A stretch of DNA of 63,991 nucleotides, the filler included, from Octopus bimaculoides (taxonomy: Eukaryota): assembly GCF_001194135.2 (NCBI RefSeq). It is 5 parts of 3 records of this genome, joined end to end, with 100 filler letters (N's around TTAATTAATTAA, not from the genome) between each part and the next. Parts side by side here need not be neighbours in the genome. Positions count along the whole stretch, not along the records: positions 1 to 20,652 come from NC_068982.1; positions 20,753 to 52,177 come from NC_068981.1; 3 more parts are not named here. One strand, 5' to 3'. The position numbers and the translations under genes were made by a program. Below the pieces are notes generated by a model that saw only the letters and a program-made list of their open reading frames with translations, ran no database searches and was not told the origin of the DNA. Positions 11,880 through 24,200 of this stretch are shown here, in pieces; within the stretch, counting starts at the first letter, position 1; each line of letters starts with the position of its first letter.

Positions 11880-13012
11880 AACATGGACTGCCACATAGTC
11901 GACTGCACCAAAGGTAGCGTTGCTCTTAAGGGCCAAAGAAACTGGCAGGAAATAAAAAGAAATCCCCTTCGCATGGAACTTATGGGAATGATCACCACCG
12001 AAAAATCTAATTGCAGAGATTCTGACGAGCTTTGTCCTCCATCGATCCAAGCTCAAATAGAAAGAAAAACAACGAATTCATTCGTTTGTGTACTCTGATT
12101 AAACCGCACATTGTAAATATCGCCCACCGGATGCCCCAGATAAAAGGCATTTATCCTCAAAAATATGGGGAGAGTATTAGCCACCTTAGACGACAGCCCC
12201 CACGTACTTCTTTTAGCAGAATTCAATCTCCCTAATATCAAATGGATTGAGGTCTTTTTCCTCTCAGGCATGTCGCTGTATGAGCAGAGGTAGGCAGAGT
12301 CTCTAATCCTACAAATATGCTATTCGGGCAACAAATAGTACTCCACCAAACAAGGGTTAAAATTGTTCTGGAACTCTGTTCCACAAATAATGTGGTGCTC
12401 ATCCATAATGTTAAGGTGACTCCAACAATTTTCTCGGGTCCTAATCGAACAAAACTAACAATGTATGGTCCGAGGAAAAATTTCATAAAGCTGGTTGAAA
12501 AGGTATTCTGAAAGAGGTCTGCCTTTTTCTCTATGCAAGATATTGACATAAAGCTACAACAGTGCGATAGTCATGCATGACATATGCAGTAGGTTTTCTC
12601 CAGAGAGAATGTCAAACCAACTAAAAGACATAATTCCCAGAAATAGGAAAACCCTTATGAAACGCCGGACAAAGATCTCAAATCGTCTAAATGGGACACT
12701 AAAGGATAGCAAGGAATCCTATTTTAAACAAATACTACTTGAGACTGAAAGTGAACTCAAACATTCCCATGAAAAGGAGAGAGTAGAGAAAGAAACCAAG
12801 GCTGTAAAAATGTGAAGACGAACCCAAACGTCTTCTATAAATTGTCTGTTTCGGTAGGCCATAAGAGAGGGTCATTATCTGAAGAAAATGGCACGCTGAT
12901 TGCAGACCCCCAGAAGATATGTGAAATACTGATTGGACACTTGCAAATAGCTATTCCTAATGGGTTCCCTAACATCACACCTCCACCCGAAGGGACGGCA
13001 GTCACACTGAGT
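11880..13012 (+). mobile_element. CR1-like LINE, 5' part (APE endonuclease and linker), decayed
   Basis: GSVAL (GGGVA-like), LAEFNLPNIKW (GDFNLPxIxW APE motif, about 12230), then a helical linker ending in KTNPNVFYK. Confidence 0.8.
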
Positions 13013-14460
13013 GTCATGGTTTTCGATGTCTGGTGTTGGATACATGTTTCCTAGTACTTTTGGTCTGCTGATTTCAAAAATGAAATCCATTTGGCTCTGT
13101 TACGTCAAGATTTTTCATAAACTCAGATGTCTACTTTGGGTATTGTCAACATTTCTAAAGACAGATTTGACTTCATCAAATGCAGATCCATGTATGGAGC
13201 TTAGTGAAAACAAGTCATGGTTTAAGTATTTTCAGTAGAAAAAAAGCATCAAACTTGAGCAACTGTCACTATTTTCAATCTAACCAGTTTTAAATATCAT
13301 CATGGTGACAGAAATGCCCTTTATACAATTAGATACTCTTTTACTCTTTTACTTGTTTCAGTCATGTAATTGTGGCCATGTTGGAGCACTGCTTTAGTCG
13401 AGCAAATCGACCCCAGGACTTATTCTTTGTAAGCCTGGTACTTATTCTATCGGTCTCTTTTGCCGAACCGCTAAGTTACGGGGACGTAAACACACCAGCG
13501 TCGGTTGTCAAGCGATGTTGGGGGGACAAACACAGACACACAAACATACACACACACACACACACACACANNNNNNNNNNNNNNNNNNNNNNNNNNNNNN
13601 NNNNNNNNNNNNNNNNNNNNNNNNNNNNNNNNNNNNNNNNNNNNNATATATATATATATATACATATATACGACGGGCTTCTTTCAGTTTCCGTCTGCCA
13701 AATCCACTCACAAGGTTTTAGTCGGCCCGAGGCTATAATAGAAGACACTTGCCCAAGGTGCCACGCAGTGGTACTGAACCCAGAACCATGTGGTTGGTAA
13801 GCAAGCTACGACACAGCCACTCCTACGCCTAATAACAACACGTTTCTATGATCCTTGATATCATATATGTCTTGTATGAAGATGTGCCCATGCCATTCTT
13901 GATTTAAGGTAACTATCATCAAACGTGGTTTATTGACCCATTAGAGACGTGTTTTTTTAACCTTTAACTATTTTTTGAACCTTTAACAACAAACAGCAAA
14001 CAGAAAGTCCACTCCTTGAGTAGCTGAAACTCCAGTTTGACAGAAATATCTATCCTAAAGTTTTATGCAATATATTTGTTAAACAATAAAAAGTAGTATT
14101 TGCTTTGTGTTAGTTTCTTATTTCAGTATTGCATTTAATGGCAAAATTCCTGTTTTAAAAAAAAATTGACGTGATAGAAATTTTCTGATGTCATTTCTGA
14201 AATCACTACCATGAAATTAGGTAAGACTAATTGTAAAAGGCAAGACGACTAAGAATTTTTCAAAAATATTTCCCAGATGACCAACCCTACAGACAAACGA
14301 TACAATCGAGCTTATTCAGAGAGGAAACTGTAGAAAGACAATTTGACGTGATAGAAGAAAACTGACAGTAGCTTTGAAATTAGTGTGTCCATTTTAGTCA
14401 ATTGTAGTTTAAATCAAGTGAATTAGCAAACTCAACAGAAATTATCTTCAAAATTGGTCC
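13013..14460. mobile_element. About 1.45 kb insertion splitting the CR1-like LINE (unclassified, DNA-transposon-like), itself carrying a SINE
   Basis: LINE reading frame stops at ..GTAVTLS (13012) and resumes at IEVNVTDVILAID..SATGPDG (after 14461). Flanks CACTGAGT (13005-13012) and CCCTGAGT (14460-14467) resemble a TSD. Right end reads ..TCAAAATTGGTCCC. Confidence 0.55.
13335..13830 (-). mobile_element. tRNA-derived SINE family A, full length with internal microsatellite
   Basis: Reverse complement of the AGGCGTAGGAGTGGCTGTGT head, CACCTTGGGCAAGTGTCTT CORE-like segment, central (TA)n/(TG)n and (GAGTAAAA)n tail. Confidence 0.92.
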
Positions 14461-16170
14461 CCTGAGTCATCGATTAGATTGAAGTAAACGTAACTGATGT
14501 TATATTGGCCATTGACGTAATGAGCTTAAACTCAGCCACAGGCCCTGATGGATTCCCATCAATCCCCCGAAAAACATGCAAAGGAACCCTAACAAGATCG
14601 TCTTTCAACACTTCCTTGCAAGTAGTAGAGTTCCCAGTAAGTTAAAGGAGAGCATACTATCTCCTAAAAATTATAGGTCTGTTTCTCTCTAACCTCAAAT
14701 GTCAGTAAAGTCATGGAACGCATTGTCAGGAGGAAGCTGATCAAGTTCCTGAAAGATAAGGACATGCTCCCTGACACCCAGCATGGCTTCCACTCAGGAA
14801 GAAACTGCCTTACACAGCTTCTGCAGTGTTACGATCGGTGTTTAAACAACTTATGACTCGCTCAGACGTGGATGCGATATATCTTGATTTTACAAAGACT
14901 TTTGATAAGGTTGATCACGGGATGGTATGTCACAAGCTGGGACGACTTGGCATTGTTGGAAAAACGGAAGAATGGTTACATGACTTCTTAAAAGACAGAA
15001 GCCTAACTATGGCAGCCAAAGGGGACCTCTCCAAGGAGACATTAACAGCTCATGAGTGTAATGCCTCAGGGAAGTGTCTTCGAGCCATGGCTGTTTATGG
15101 TGACCCTCTCAAACATGTCGTTACTCAGCCACTCTCACTAGCTATTCCGATGACACTAAAGTAATATAAGCAATCAAGAATCCTTTCGATACTAATCTTC
15201 GACAGAAAGATCTACATCTCATATATTAAAGGGGTGAAGAAAATAACATGCAATTTAATGCAGGAAAATCCCAAGCCTTTCGCTATCAGCTAGCTTACGC
15301 TAATATGCTACAGCAAAGATACTTTGGACAAAAAAAATGCGGCAATCACGGAGTCAAACAGTCCATGTCTTGGGGCTTGATATAAGCGACATTGCCTTGT
15401 TCATGTACATACACCTAGGATGGTGGCAATGTGCAGGTGAATGGCTGGATGGATTCCAAGAACTTTCAGAATAAGGGATCAGGAAATTATGCTGGTTCTA
15501 TGGAGAACATTTGTTATCGGCCGTCGGGTCTACAGCTTTCAACTGTGGTCACCCAACAGCGTCAAATTAATAGCGGGACATGAGACATTTCAGCAATGCT
15601 ACACCAAAAATATTGCATCAATGAAACAGCTGAACTACTGGGAGAGACTGAAAAATTACGACTCTACTCCCTAGAGCGAAGATGGGAGAATATGCGGGTG
15701 ATATACATATGGAATATCCTAGAAGGGTTGGTATCGAGAGTTATGTTAGTCCCCACAGCAGAACGCCACTACGTTCTGTTGCAGACTTAGAATCTTTAAT
15801 GTTCAATTTTTCTTTTAAAGCATCATAAAAATGTTAGAGGGTATTTGAATGTTCACTAGCTTTATTTTTGCACTCCTCCAGAAGTCCCACTCCTCCGTCT
15901 TGTGTAAGGACCAGTTACTGCAATAACCTGGGATTGAAAAGCCCACAGCTATTTAATATCTTGCTAAAAATCCTCGAGAGATCTACATAGAGTTGGGGTA
16001 GATGGTTTACAGAAACAGTTTGATCTTCAGCTGAGCAAAATCTCAGAAGAACTTACATCACGGAAGAAACTCAGATGAGGGCAATTCACACGAGAAGGGT
16101 CATTGAAAAGGTGATAATACTGGTGGTGCCGTAGCATGGTCACAGTCTTTAGACCGAAATATACAAAAGT
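14461..16170 (+). mobile_element. CR1-like LINE, 3' part (RT domain to 3' tail), decayed
   Basis: SATGPDG, QHGFHSGRNCLTQLL, VDAIYLDFTKTFDKVDHG..KLGRLGIVGK, LNYWERL..LRLYSLERR..IYIWNILEG. The 3' tail at 16122-16169 carries a stem-loop. Confidence 0.9.
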
Positions 16171-16489
16171 ACGAATCATGTATTTATTCGTCTCTATGTT
16201 TGTGTACGCCGTGTGCGTGTGTATATGTGAATCTGAGTGTGTATGTGTGTGAGTTTCTAATCTCGATTCTTATTTTTACACCGTCTGTCTCTGTTACTCT
16301 TTCTCCTTCTCTCTTCCTCTCCTCGCCCCATCTTCCACCCCACACCCACCTTTGTTTTGTCCCGTCTCGCCATCTTTCTCTGCCTTCATCTCGACTTTTC
16401 ATTCCGTTGCTACTTACCTTCCAAGCCTTCCCTCTTTTTCATTGCTTACTCCCTACCTAAGAGATATCGCTTTGGCACAGTCAGACTAT

Positions 16490-16490
16490 C

Positions 16491-16543
<53 letters not shown>

Positions 16544-16600
16544 ATAGTAGTAGTAGTTGTAGTAGTAGTAGTAGTAGTAGTAGTAGCAGCAGCAGCAGCC
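16490..16600. repeat. (TAG)n/(CAG)n microsatellite
   Basis: Seen directly. Confidence 0.97.
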
Positions 16601-17071
16601 ACTTATTTTCTTCAGAACTGTTTGAAGTCAGTTCATTCCGATGTAATCTTGCCGAACAATCGTACAAGATATATGCACATACGCACCTACACCACCCACA
16701 TTGTATACAAACATACACGTATATATTATATTATACGTATATANNNNNNNNNNNNNNNNNNNNNNNNNNNNNNNNNNNNNNNNNNNNNNNNNNNNNNNNN
16801 NNNNNNNNNNNNNNNNNNNNNNNNNNNNNNNNNNNNNNNNNNNNNNNNNNNNNNNNNNNNNNNNNNNNNNNNNNNNNNNNNNNNNNNNNNNNNNNNNNNN
16901 NNNNNNNNNNNNNNNNNNNNNNNNNNNNNNNNNNNNNNNNNNNNNNNNNNNNNNNNNNNNNNNNNNNNNNNNNNNNNNNNNNNNNNNNNNNNNNNNNNNN
17001 NNNNNNNNNNNNNNNNNNNNNNNNNNNNNNNNNNNNNNNNNNNNNNNNNNNNNNNNNNNNNNNNNNNNNNN

Positions 17072-17117
<46 letters not shown>

Positions 17118-17491
17118 TTAATTATATATGTTGTGTTTGCGTATGAATCTGTGTATATGTAATGTGAAATTACGCCTGTGTGTTGCAGTGTATATATTTG
17201 TGTGTGTATATGAGTAAAATGACTATTTATTGTGTATTTTATTTTGTATATTCCTCTTCCACTTCTTTCCTAAATTTGCAAAATTAAAAATTGCAACCAT
17301 TCTATTCTCCCATACACTTCCATACCCACCTAGATATATACATACTCACACACTCACTCAAACACGCGCGCGTGGGGACACACACACACACGCTTACAGT
17401 TATTTGCGTATCTATCTTTGTGTATATGTATGTATATGCTTATATTTCTCAGCATATATGTCTATATGTGCATATGTGTGTGTGTGTGTGC

Positions 17492-17524
<33 letters not shown>

Positions 17525-17550
17525 TGTGTGTGTCTCTGTGTTTGTTTGTG

Positions 17551-17629
<79 letters not shown>

Positions 17630-17664
17630 TGTGTTTGTGTGTGTGTGTGTGAGTAGGGAGAATT

Positions 17665-17830
17665 CACAAAAAACAAATGACGAAGACAGGTGGTGTAGGC
17701 AACAAACAGATGTATTAGTTTAACGCTCGGAAAGTCTTTTACGTTTCGCGCATACGCTCTTTCTCAGAAAGGAACACAGAAAGAAACAGGGAGAGAAAAT
17801 AAAGAATGTGTAGTGGTTAGCGGTGAAGAT
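17665..17830 (-). mobile_element. Short Penelope-type repeat, copy 2 (core degraded)
   Basis: Reverse complement CCTTTCTGAGAAAGAGCGTATGCGCGAAACGTAAAAGACTTTCCGAGCGTTAAACTAATACATCTG. Confidence 0.6.
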
Positions 17831-18743
17831 AAATTTATTTTTTCATATGGCTTCCTTATGATTACAGCCGTTTCATAACCTTCATCATGTAGTATTATCA
17901 ATTACAGTATGTAAAATTATACGTAAATGCTTACATGATTGCTCAGCATTATACAATACAATTATACATTCACAAATTAATGCATATAAAGAAAGTTAAC
18001 GCATCATATCACGGCACATCATGGTTACATCTACAATTCAGCTCTAAATATACACACAAAATTCACCCTTTATGTTGTACAATGTATGGAAGACCAGAAT
18101 TGGACCAGTTTACAGTAATTTGGTCAGTGAAAGGAAATAACAGTAAAATGGACTTGTATTGTGATATTATTCTTTTCAGAATTTCTTCTCAGAATGCACT
18201 CAAATCAATTAAGTCAAAGCATGCAAAATATATTTTAGATATTGCAGTCCTTGATTTAAGAAAGATAGCAAGAAATAAAATGAAATAGCATAAGTAAAGA
18301 TAAGCAAAATATTACAAGAACGGCAAATTCATAGATAAGAGAACATAAAGAATAGAAGGGTATTTAATAAATGATGAGTAGACTGAGTCATTACAAAAAT
18401 CTGTAAATAGCTCAGTGTATCAAATGAGAATGTCAGTGATGACACTGGCCGTCATTAAATTGGTGTTGTAAGAGAAAGAGTGAAAATAAAAGTAAACGAT
18501 GCATCATGTGACCGAAAGAGCAGATGACATAAAGATTGCTTGTCTGTTGAATGAGTAAAGTTTTTCAAGTAAATGTTTAATGATGCGCACTCTCGGAGTC
18601 TGTCTATTTGTCTGTCAATCCGTCTGTCTCCCCCAACTCTCCGGGTCTGTCTGTCTGTCTGTCAATCCGTCTGTCTCTCACTCTCTCCACTTTTTCTTGA
18701 CACACGAGAGACGTATGCATGTGTGCGTATAATGACTGTATGG

Positions 18744-18922
18744 AGGCGTAGGAGTGACTGTGTGGTAAGTAGCTTGCTTACGAATCACATGGTTCCGTGT
18801 TCAGTCCTACTGCGTGGCACCTTGGGCAAGTGTCTTCTACTATAGCCTCGGGCCGACCAAAGCCTTGTGAGTGGATTTGGTAGGCGGAAACTGAAAGAAG
18901 CCTGTCGTATATATATGTATAT
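18744..18922 (+). mobile_element. SINE family A, 5' half running into an N gap
   Basis: Head through GGAAACTGAAAGAAGCCTGTCGTATATAT, then gap. Confidence 0.9.
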
Positions 18923-19739
18923 NNNNNNNNNNNNNNNNNNNNNNNNNNNNNNNNNNNNNNNNNNNNNNNNNNNNNNNNNNNNNNNNNNNNNNNNNNNNNN
19001 NNNNNNNNNNNNNNNNNNNNNNNNNNNNNNNNNNNNNNNNNNNNNNNNNNNNNNNNNNNNNNNNNNNNNNNNNNNNNNNNNNNNNNNNNNNNNNNNNNNN
19101 NNNNNNNNNNNNNNNNNNNNNNNNNNNNNNNNNNNNNNNNNNNNNNNNNNNNNNNNNNNNNNNNNNNNNNNNNNNNNNNNNNNNNNNNNNNNNNNNNNNN
19201 NNNNNNNNNNNNNNNNNNNNNNNNNNNNNNNNNNNNNNNNNNNNNNNNNNNNNNNNNNNNNNNNNNNNNNNNNNNNNNNNNNNNNNNNNNNNNNNNNNNN
19301 NNNNNNNNNNNNNNNNNNNNNNNNNNNNNNNNNNNNNNNNNNNNNNNNNNNNNNNNNNNNNNNNNNNNNNNNNNNNNNNNNNNNNNNNNNNNNNNNNNNN
19401 NNNNNNNNNNNNNNNNNNNNNNNNNNNNNNNNNNNNNNNNNNNNNNNNNNNNNNNNNNNNNNNNNNNNNNATCTTGAGTGCAGGATTTGCATGCTGTACT
19501 ATTCTAAAATGACTTTTTCCTTTCTAGGAATTCCTGCATCTTTCGAAATAAAAAGTCTAAGTAGTTTATTTTCTTGTTTTCGTTGCCTAAATTCCAGAGA
19601 TGAAGCTTTGTACTTTTGTTAGAAACCAAACCGTTTTTCAGAGGAAGAATTTATATGATTAAATGCAGAAGAAACACATATATATTCACGTTTATTTGTA
19701 CATATACATACAAACATCTATCAATCTATCTATCTCACT

Positions 19740-19800
19740 ATGTATGTATGTATGTATGTATGTATGTATCTATGTATCTATCTATCTAACTAACTAACTA

Positions 19801-19862
<62 letters not shown>

Positions 19863-19865
19863 GAT
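19740..19865. repeat. (TATG)n/(TAAC)n/(GATA)n tetranucleotide microsatellites
   Basis: Seen directly. Confidence 0.95.
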
Positions 19866-20533
19866 ACTCATATGTGTACCATAGGCGGTGATAGAGAAAT
19901 TTATTCCAATCTGTGTAAATGAGTGTATACGCATGCGCACAAAATCTTCAAGACGCCATGTCTATGGGCTATTTGTATGCATATAATTGAGTGGTGTGTA
20001 CGTGTGTGTTTCGTGTGTGTGTATGTGTGTGCGTATGTGNNNNNNNNNNTGTGTACGTGTGTGTTTCGTGTGTGTGTATGTGTGTGCGTATGTGTGCGAG
20101 TGTGTGTGTGTGTGTGTGCATGTATATATACACATATATATATACACACTTACACATATACATACATACATACATGCATACATACACACACATACACACA
20201 TACATACATACATACATGCATACTTGTCTATGCATATGATGAGGATGGAGAACGACACAGTGGGAAAGATATATGAGAGACAGGACAGACCAATTTTTAA
20301 TGCGTATTAACAGCGGACGACGCACCTCGCTTTATTTTATTTGTGTATTATATGTTTATATACTTCTGTGTATGTGGGTATATCTGTGTTCATGATTATG
20401 CACACACACACACATACATACACACGCACACATATATACATATGTGCATATGTGTATGTGCGTGTGTGTGTCTATATGTACTTATACGTGCATATATTGA
20501 TACATATATATATATACGTATATACACCTGTAA

Positions 20534-20567
<34 letters not shown>

Positions 20568-20652
20568 ATTTATATATGTGTGTGTAATAAATGTATTTAT
20601 ACATAAATGTATGCATGCATACATTCACACACACACAAACATACATACACAC

Positions 20653-20752
20653 NNNNNNNNNNNNNNNNNNNNNNNNNNNNNNNNNNNNNNNNNNNNTTAA
20701 TTAATTAANNNNNNNNNNNNNNNNNNNNNNNNNNNNNNNNNNNNNNNNNNNN
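20653..20752. other. Artificial scaffold spacer: 44 N + TTAATTAATTAA + 44 N
   Basis: Exactly 100 nt; the same layout occurs at 52178-52277, 59400-59499 and 62662-62761. Confidence 0.95.
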
Positions 20753-20769
20753 ACACTCTCACCCATTCT

Positions 20770-21150
20770 ACACCCCATCCTTGCATCCCCTCACCCTCGC
20801 ATTCCCCACACCCCAACACCACCACACCACATCATGCCACACCGCATCACACACCACCACACCACAACACAACATGCTACACATATCACCACACCACCAC
20901 ACCATCACACTACTACACAACACATGACACACCACATCACCACACCACAGCGCACCACCCTGCACACACTAGCATTGACCACTTCCCAGCACGCATACCA
21001 CATCGCACCACCCTGCTCACACTAGCACTGAGCACGTCCCAGCACCCACACCATCATCCACACACCTGCACATGCATACATCCACACGTCAAGGTCACCA
21101 GCCCCTATCCACATGCACACACACGCTCTCACATACACACGCACGCGCAC
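20770..21150. repeat. Degenerate (CAC/CAA)n low-complexity region
   Basis: Seen directly. Confidence 0.85.
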
Positions 21151-21199
21151 CTTCGTTTTGGTATTACCACCACTTTATTGTCTCCCCTTCTTCCTAGCT

Positions 21200-21360
21200 C
21201 TCCTGTCTGACCACCTCTGTCCGGCCATCGCCATGATTGACCGGTAGCCACTAAAGCTTTTTTAATTCTCTCTCTGTTTATTTTCTCGTGTTCCTTTCTG
21301 TTGAAGAGCGTAGGTTCGAAGCGTAAAAGACTTTCTCACCTTCCCGAGCGTTAAACTAAT
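21200..21360 (+). mobile_element. Short Penelope-type repeat, copy 3
   Basis: CCTTTCTGTTGAAGAGCGTAGGTTCGAAGCGTAAAAGACTTTCTCACCTTCCCGAGCGTTAAACTAAT. Confidence 0.6.
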
Positions 21361-21849
21361 NNNNNNNNNNNNNNNNNNNNNNNNNNNNNNNNNNNNNNNN
21401 NNNNNNNNNNNNNNNNNNNNNNNNNNNNNNNNNNNNNNNNNNNNNNNNNNNNNNNNNNNNNNNNNNNNNNNNNNNNNNNNNNNNNNNNNNNNNNNNNNNN
21501 NNNNNNNNNNNNNNNNNNNNNNNNNNNNNNNNNNNNNNNNNNNNNNNNNNNNNNNNNNNNNNNNNNNNNNNNNNNNNNNNNNNNNNNNNNNNNNNNNNNN
21601 NNNNNNNNNNNNNNNNNNNNNNNNNNNNNNNNNNNNNNNNNNNNNNNNNNNNNNNNNNNNNNNNNNNNNNNNNNNNNNNNNNNNNNNNNNNNNNNNNNNN
21701 NNNNNNNNNNNNNNNNNNNNNNNNNNNNNNNNNNNNNNNNNNNNNNNNNNNNNNNNNNNNNNNNNNNNNNNNNNNNNNNNNNNNNNNNNNNNNNNNNNNN
21801 NNNNNNNNNNNNNNNNNNNNNNNNNNNNNNNNNNNNNNNNNNNNNNNNT

Positions 21850-22330
21850 ATATTAGCTGGTGTACCCGGTAATTCCTGGGGGTAAAGATGTTCTATTGAA
21901 ATGCCTCATTACTCTGATATAAGAAAGCTATTTCGGTATAACTGCCACAAAAGGTGTATTTTCTGTCGCGAAAAAGTACAAAAACTGTCAGCTGGAGGAG
22001 GGAGAGATTGTTGGCAAGAGGGGTTTTCGGAGGTTGGCGAGAAAGATTGTTGGAGGTTGATGAGAGAGGTCGTCGGAGGTTGGCAAGAAAGGTCGTCAGA
22101 GGTTGTCGAGAGAGGTTTTCGGAGGTTGTGTGAGAAAAGCGCTGTTGAAGTGTTAAGTGAAATTTGGCATTCGAGGATCGAATCCACGCTATGCCTGCAT
22201 GAAGCGACTACAAATACGTTGTGGAAAAAAAATTTATCTACTATCATGGAGAAAGTGTAAATGTAAAAATGCAGAATTATCGGAGTAATGGGCATTAAAA
22301 AAAGTATGTATGTAGAGAAATGTATGAATG
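21850..22330 (+). mobile_element. Possible Helitron/Helentron-type non-autonomous element
   Basis: Begins TAGCTGGTGTACCCGGTAATTCCTGGG, similar to Helentron-associated subterminal repeat/palindrome starts, and contains degenerate internal GAGGTTG/GAGAAAG tandem units. 3' terminus not confirmed. Confidence 0.35.
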
Positions 22331-22713
22331 GAGAGATTCAAATTAAGGAAGTGCAATAATAATGTCTAGCAGTTCAAAACTGAGTAATGAAATGCAGAAC
22401 TAGGTCGGCTGATCATGACAATGAAATATCGATCGCATCGCTAGAAAACTGCAGGTGGTATGGGTTATTTCCCTTGGGTTGTTTAAATAATATATTAATA
22501 ATATGTGTAGATAGGAAGATCCATTGGATGGGCCCTATTATCGATTTTTTCAACAATCTAAGTATGTCACGAGGTTTCCAGGCATGAGTTTCATTAAAAT
22601 CAATAAAACGATGTAGGAGGAGTTAGATAACAACGCTACAAACAATCACACACCGATTTTCCACATATGTAGTGGATATATATATACATACAACATATAT
22701 ACATACAACATAT

Positions 22714-22786
<73 letters not shown>

Positions 22787-23139
22787 NNNNNNNNNNNNNN
22801 NNNNNNNNNNNNNNNNNNNNNNNNNNNNNNNNNNNNNNNNNNNNNNNNNNNNNNNNNNNNNNNNNNNNNNNNNNNNNNNNNNNNNNNNNNNNNNNNNNNN
22901 NNNNNNNNNNNNNNNNNNNNNNNNNNNNNNNNNNNNNNNNNNNNNNNNNNNNNNNNNNNNNNNNNNNNNNNNNNNNNNNNNNNNNNNNNNNNNNNNNNNN
23001 NNNNNNNNNNNNNNNNNNNNNNNNNNNNNNNNNNNNNNNNNNNNNNNNNNNNNNNNNNNNNNNNNNNNNNNNNNNNNNNNNNNNNNNNNNNNNNNNNNNN
23101 NNNNNNNNNNNNNNNNNNNNNNNNNNNNTTATCTCCTCC

Positions 23140-23400
23140 TTTCTTAGCTCTCCTGAAATAAGAATTTCTAACTTCCGGTCAGTCATTGTTATGATCGGCC
23201 ATTATTATGATTGACCGTTGACTGAACACTATTCAATTTTTTTTCTCCGTGTTTTTCTCCTTGTCTCCGTATTCTTTCTGTTGAAGAGCGTAGCTCGAAA
23301 TGTCAAAGACTTTCCGTATTCCCGAGCGTCATACTAATATATACTTTTGTTATTTACACCACCTGTCCTCGTCTGTTGTTATTTTTTGTATATTCTCCCA
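23140..23400 (+). mobile_element. Short Penelope-type repeat, copy 4
   Basis: TTCTTTCTGTTGAAGAGCGTAGCTCGAAATGTCAAAGACTTTCC..CCCGAGCGTCATACTAATA..CACCTGTCCTCGTC. Confidence 0.6.
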
Positions 23401-23567
23401 TATATATATATATATATACTTGGAAACGGATTTATTTTATATTGGACATATTATGTGCCTGTCTGTTCGATCATATATTAATATAAATAATACATAAATA
23501 TATGCATATATCCATACATATATGTACATACTTACATCTATATGTAGACATACATGCATATATGAGT

Positions 23568-23612
<45 letters not shown>

Positions 23613-23637
23613 CATACATATATATACATAGACTCAT

Positions 23638-24040
23638 AAGAGTGGTTGTGTGGTAAGAAGCTTGCTTACCAACCATATCGTTCCAGGTTCAGTCACACTG
23701 CGTCGCACTTTGGACATGTATCTTCTACTATAGCCTCGGGCAGACCAAAGCCTTGTGAGTGGATTTGGTAGACGGAAACTGAAAGAATCCCGTCGTATAT
23801 ATATGCGTGTGTGTGTGTGTGTGCGTGTGTGTGTGTGCCCCCCCCCCCATCGCATGACAACCGATGTTGGTGTGTTTACATACCCGTAGCATGTGGTTCG
23901 GCAAAAGAGATCAATAGAATAAATACAAAGCTTACAAAGAATAAGTTCTGGGGTCTATTTGTTCGACTAACACCCTTCATGGCATGGTTAGCATGGCCGC
24001 AGTCAAATGACTGAAACAAGTAAAAGAATAAAAGAATAAA
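23638..24040 (+). mobile_element. SINE family A, near full length
   Basis: Head, CORE-like segment, internal (TA)n(TG)n, 3' body and GAATAAAA tail. Confidence 0.9.
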
Positions 24041-24068
24041 AGATTTTTTGTTTTTCAAAGCATAGTAG

Positions 24069-24200
24069 TTATTCTGTCGGTCTCTCTTGCCGAACTGCTA
24101 GATTACGGTGACGTAAATTCATCAACACCAGTTGTTTAACGGTGATGGTGGGACAAACACAGACACAAAGACACACACAGGCATATATACATACATACAT
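24069..24200 (-). mobile_element. SINE family A, partial 3' body, inverted relative to the neighbouring copy
   Basis: TATTCTGTCGGTCTCTCTTGCCGAACTGCTAGATTACGGTGACGTAAA..GGACAAACACAGAC. Confidence 0.8.

Noticed and set aside
17935-18288. 117-aa ORF in AT-rich unique sequence
   Set aside because: No motif or compositional sign of coding; length is compatible with chance.
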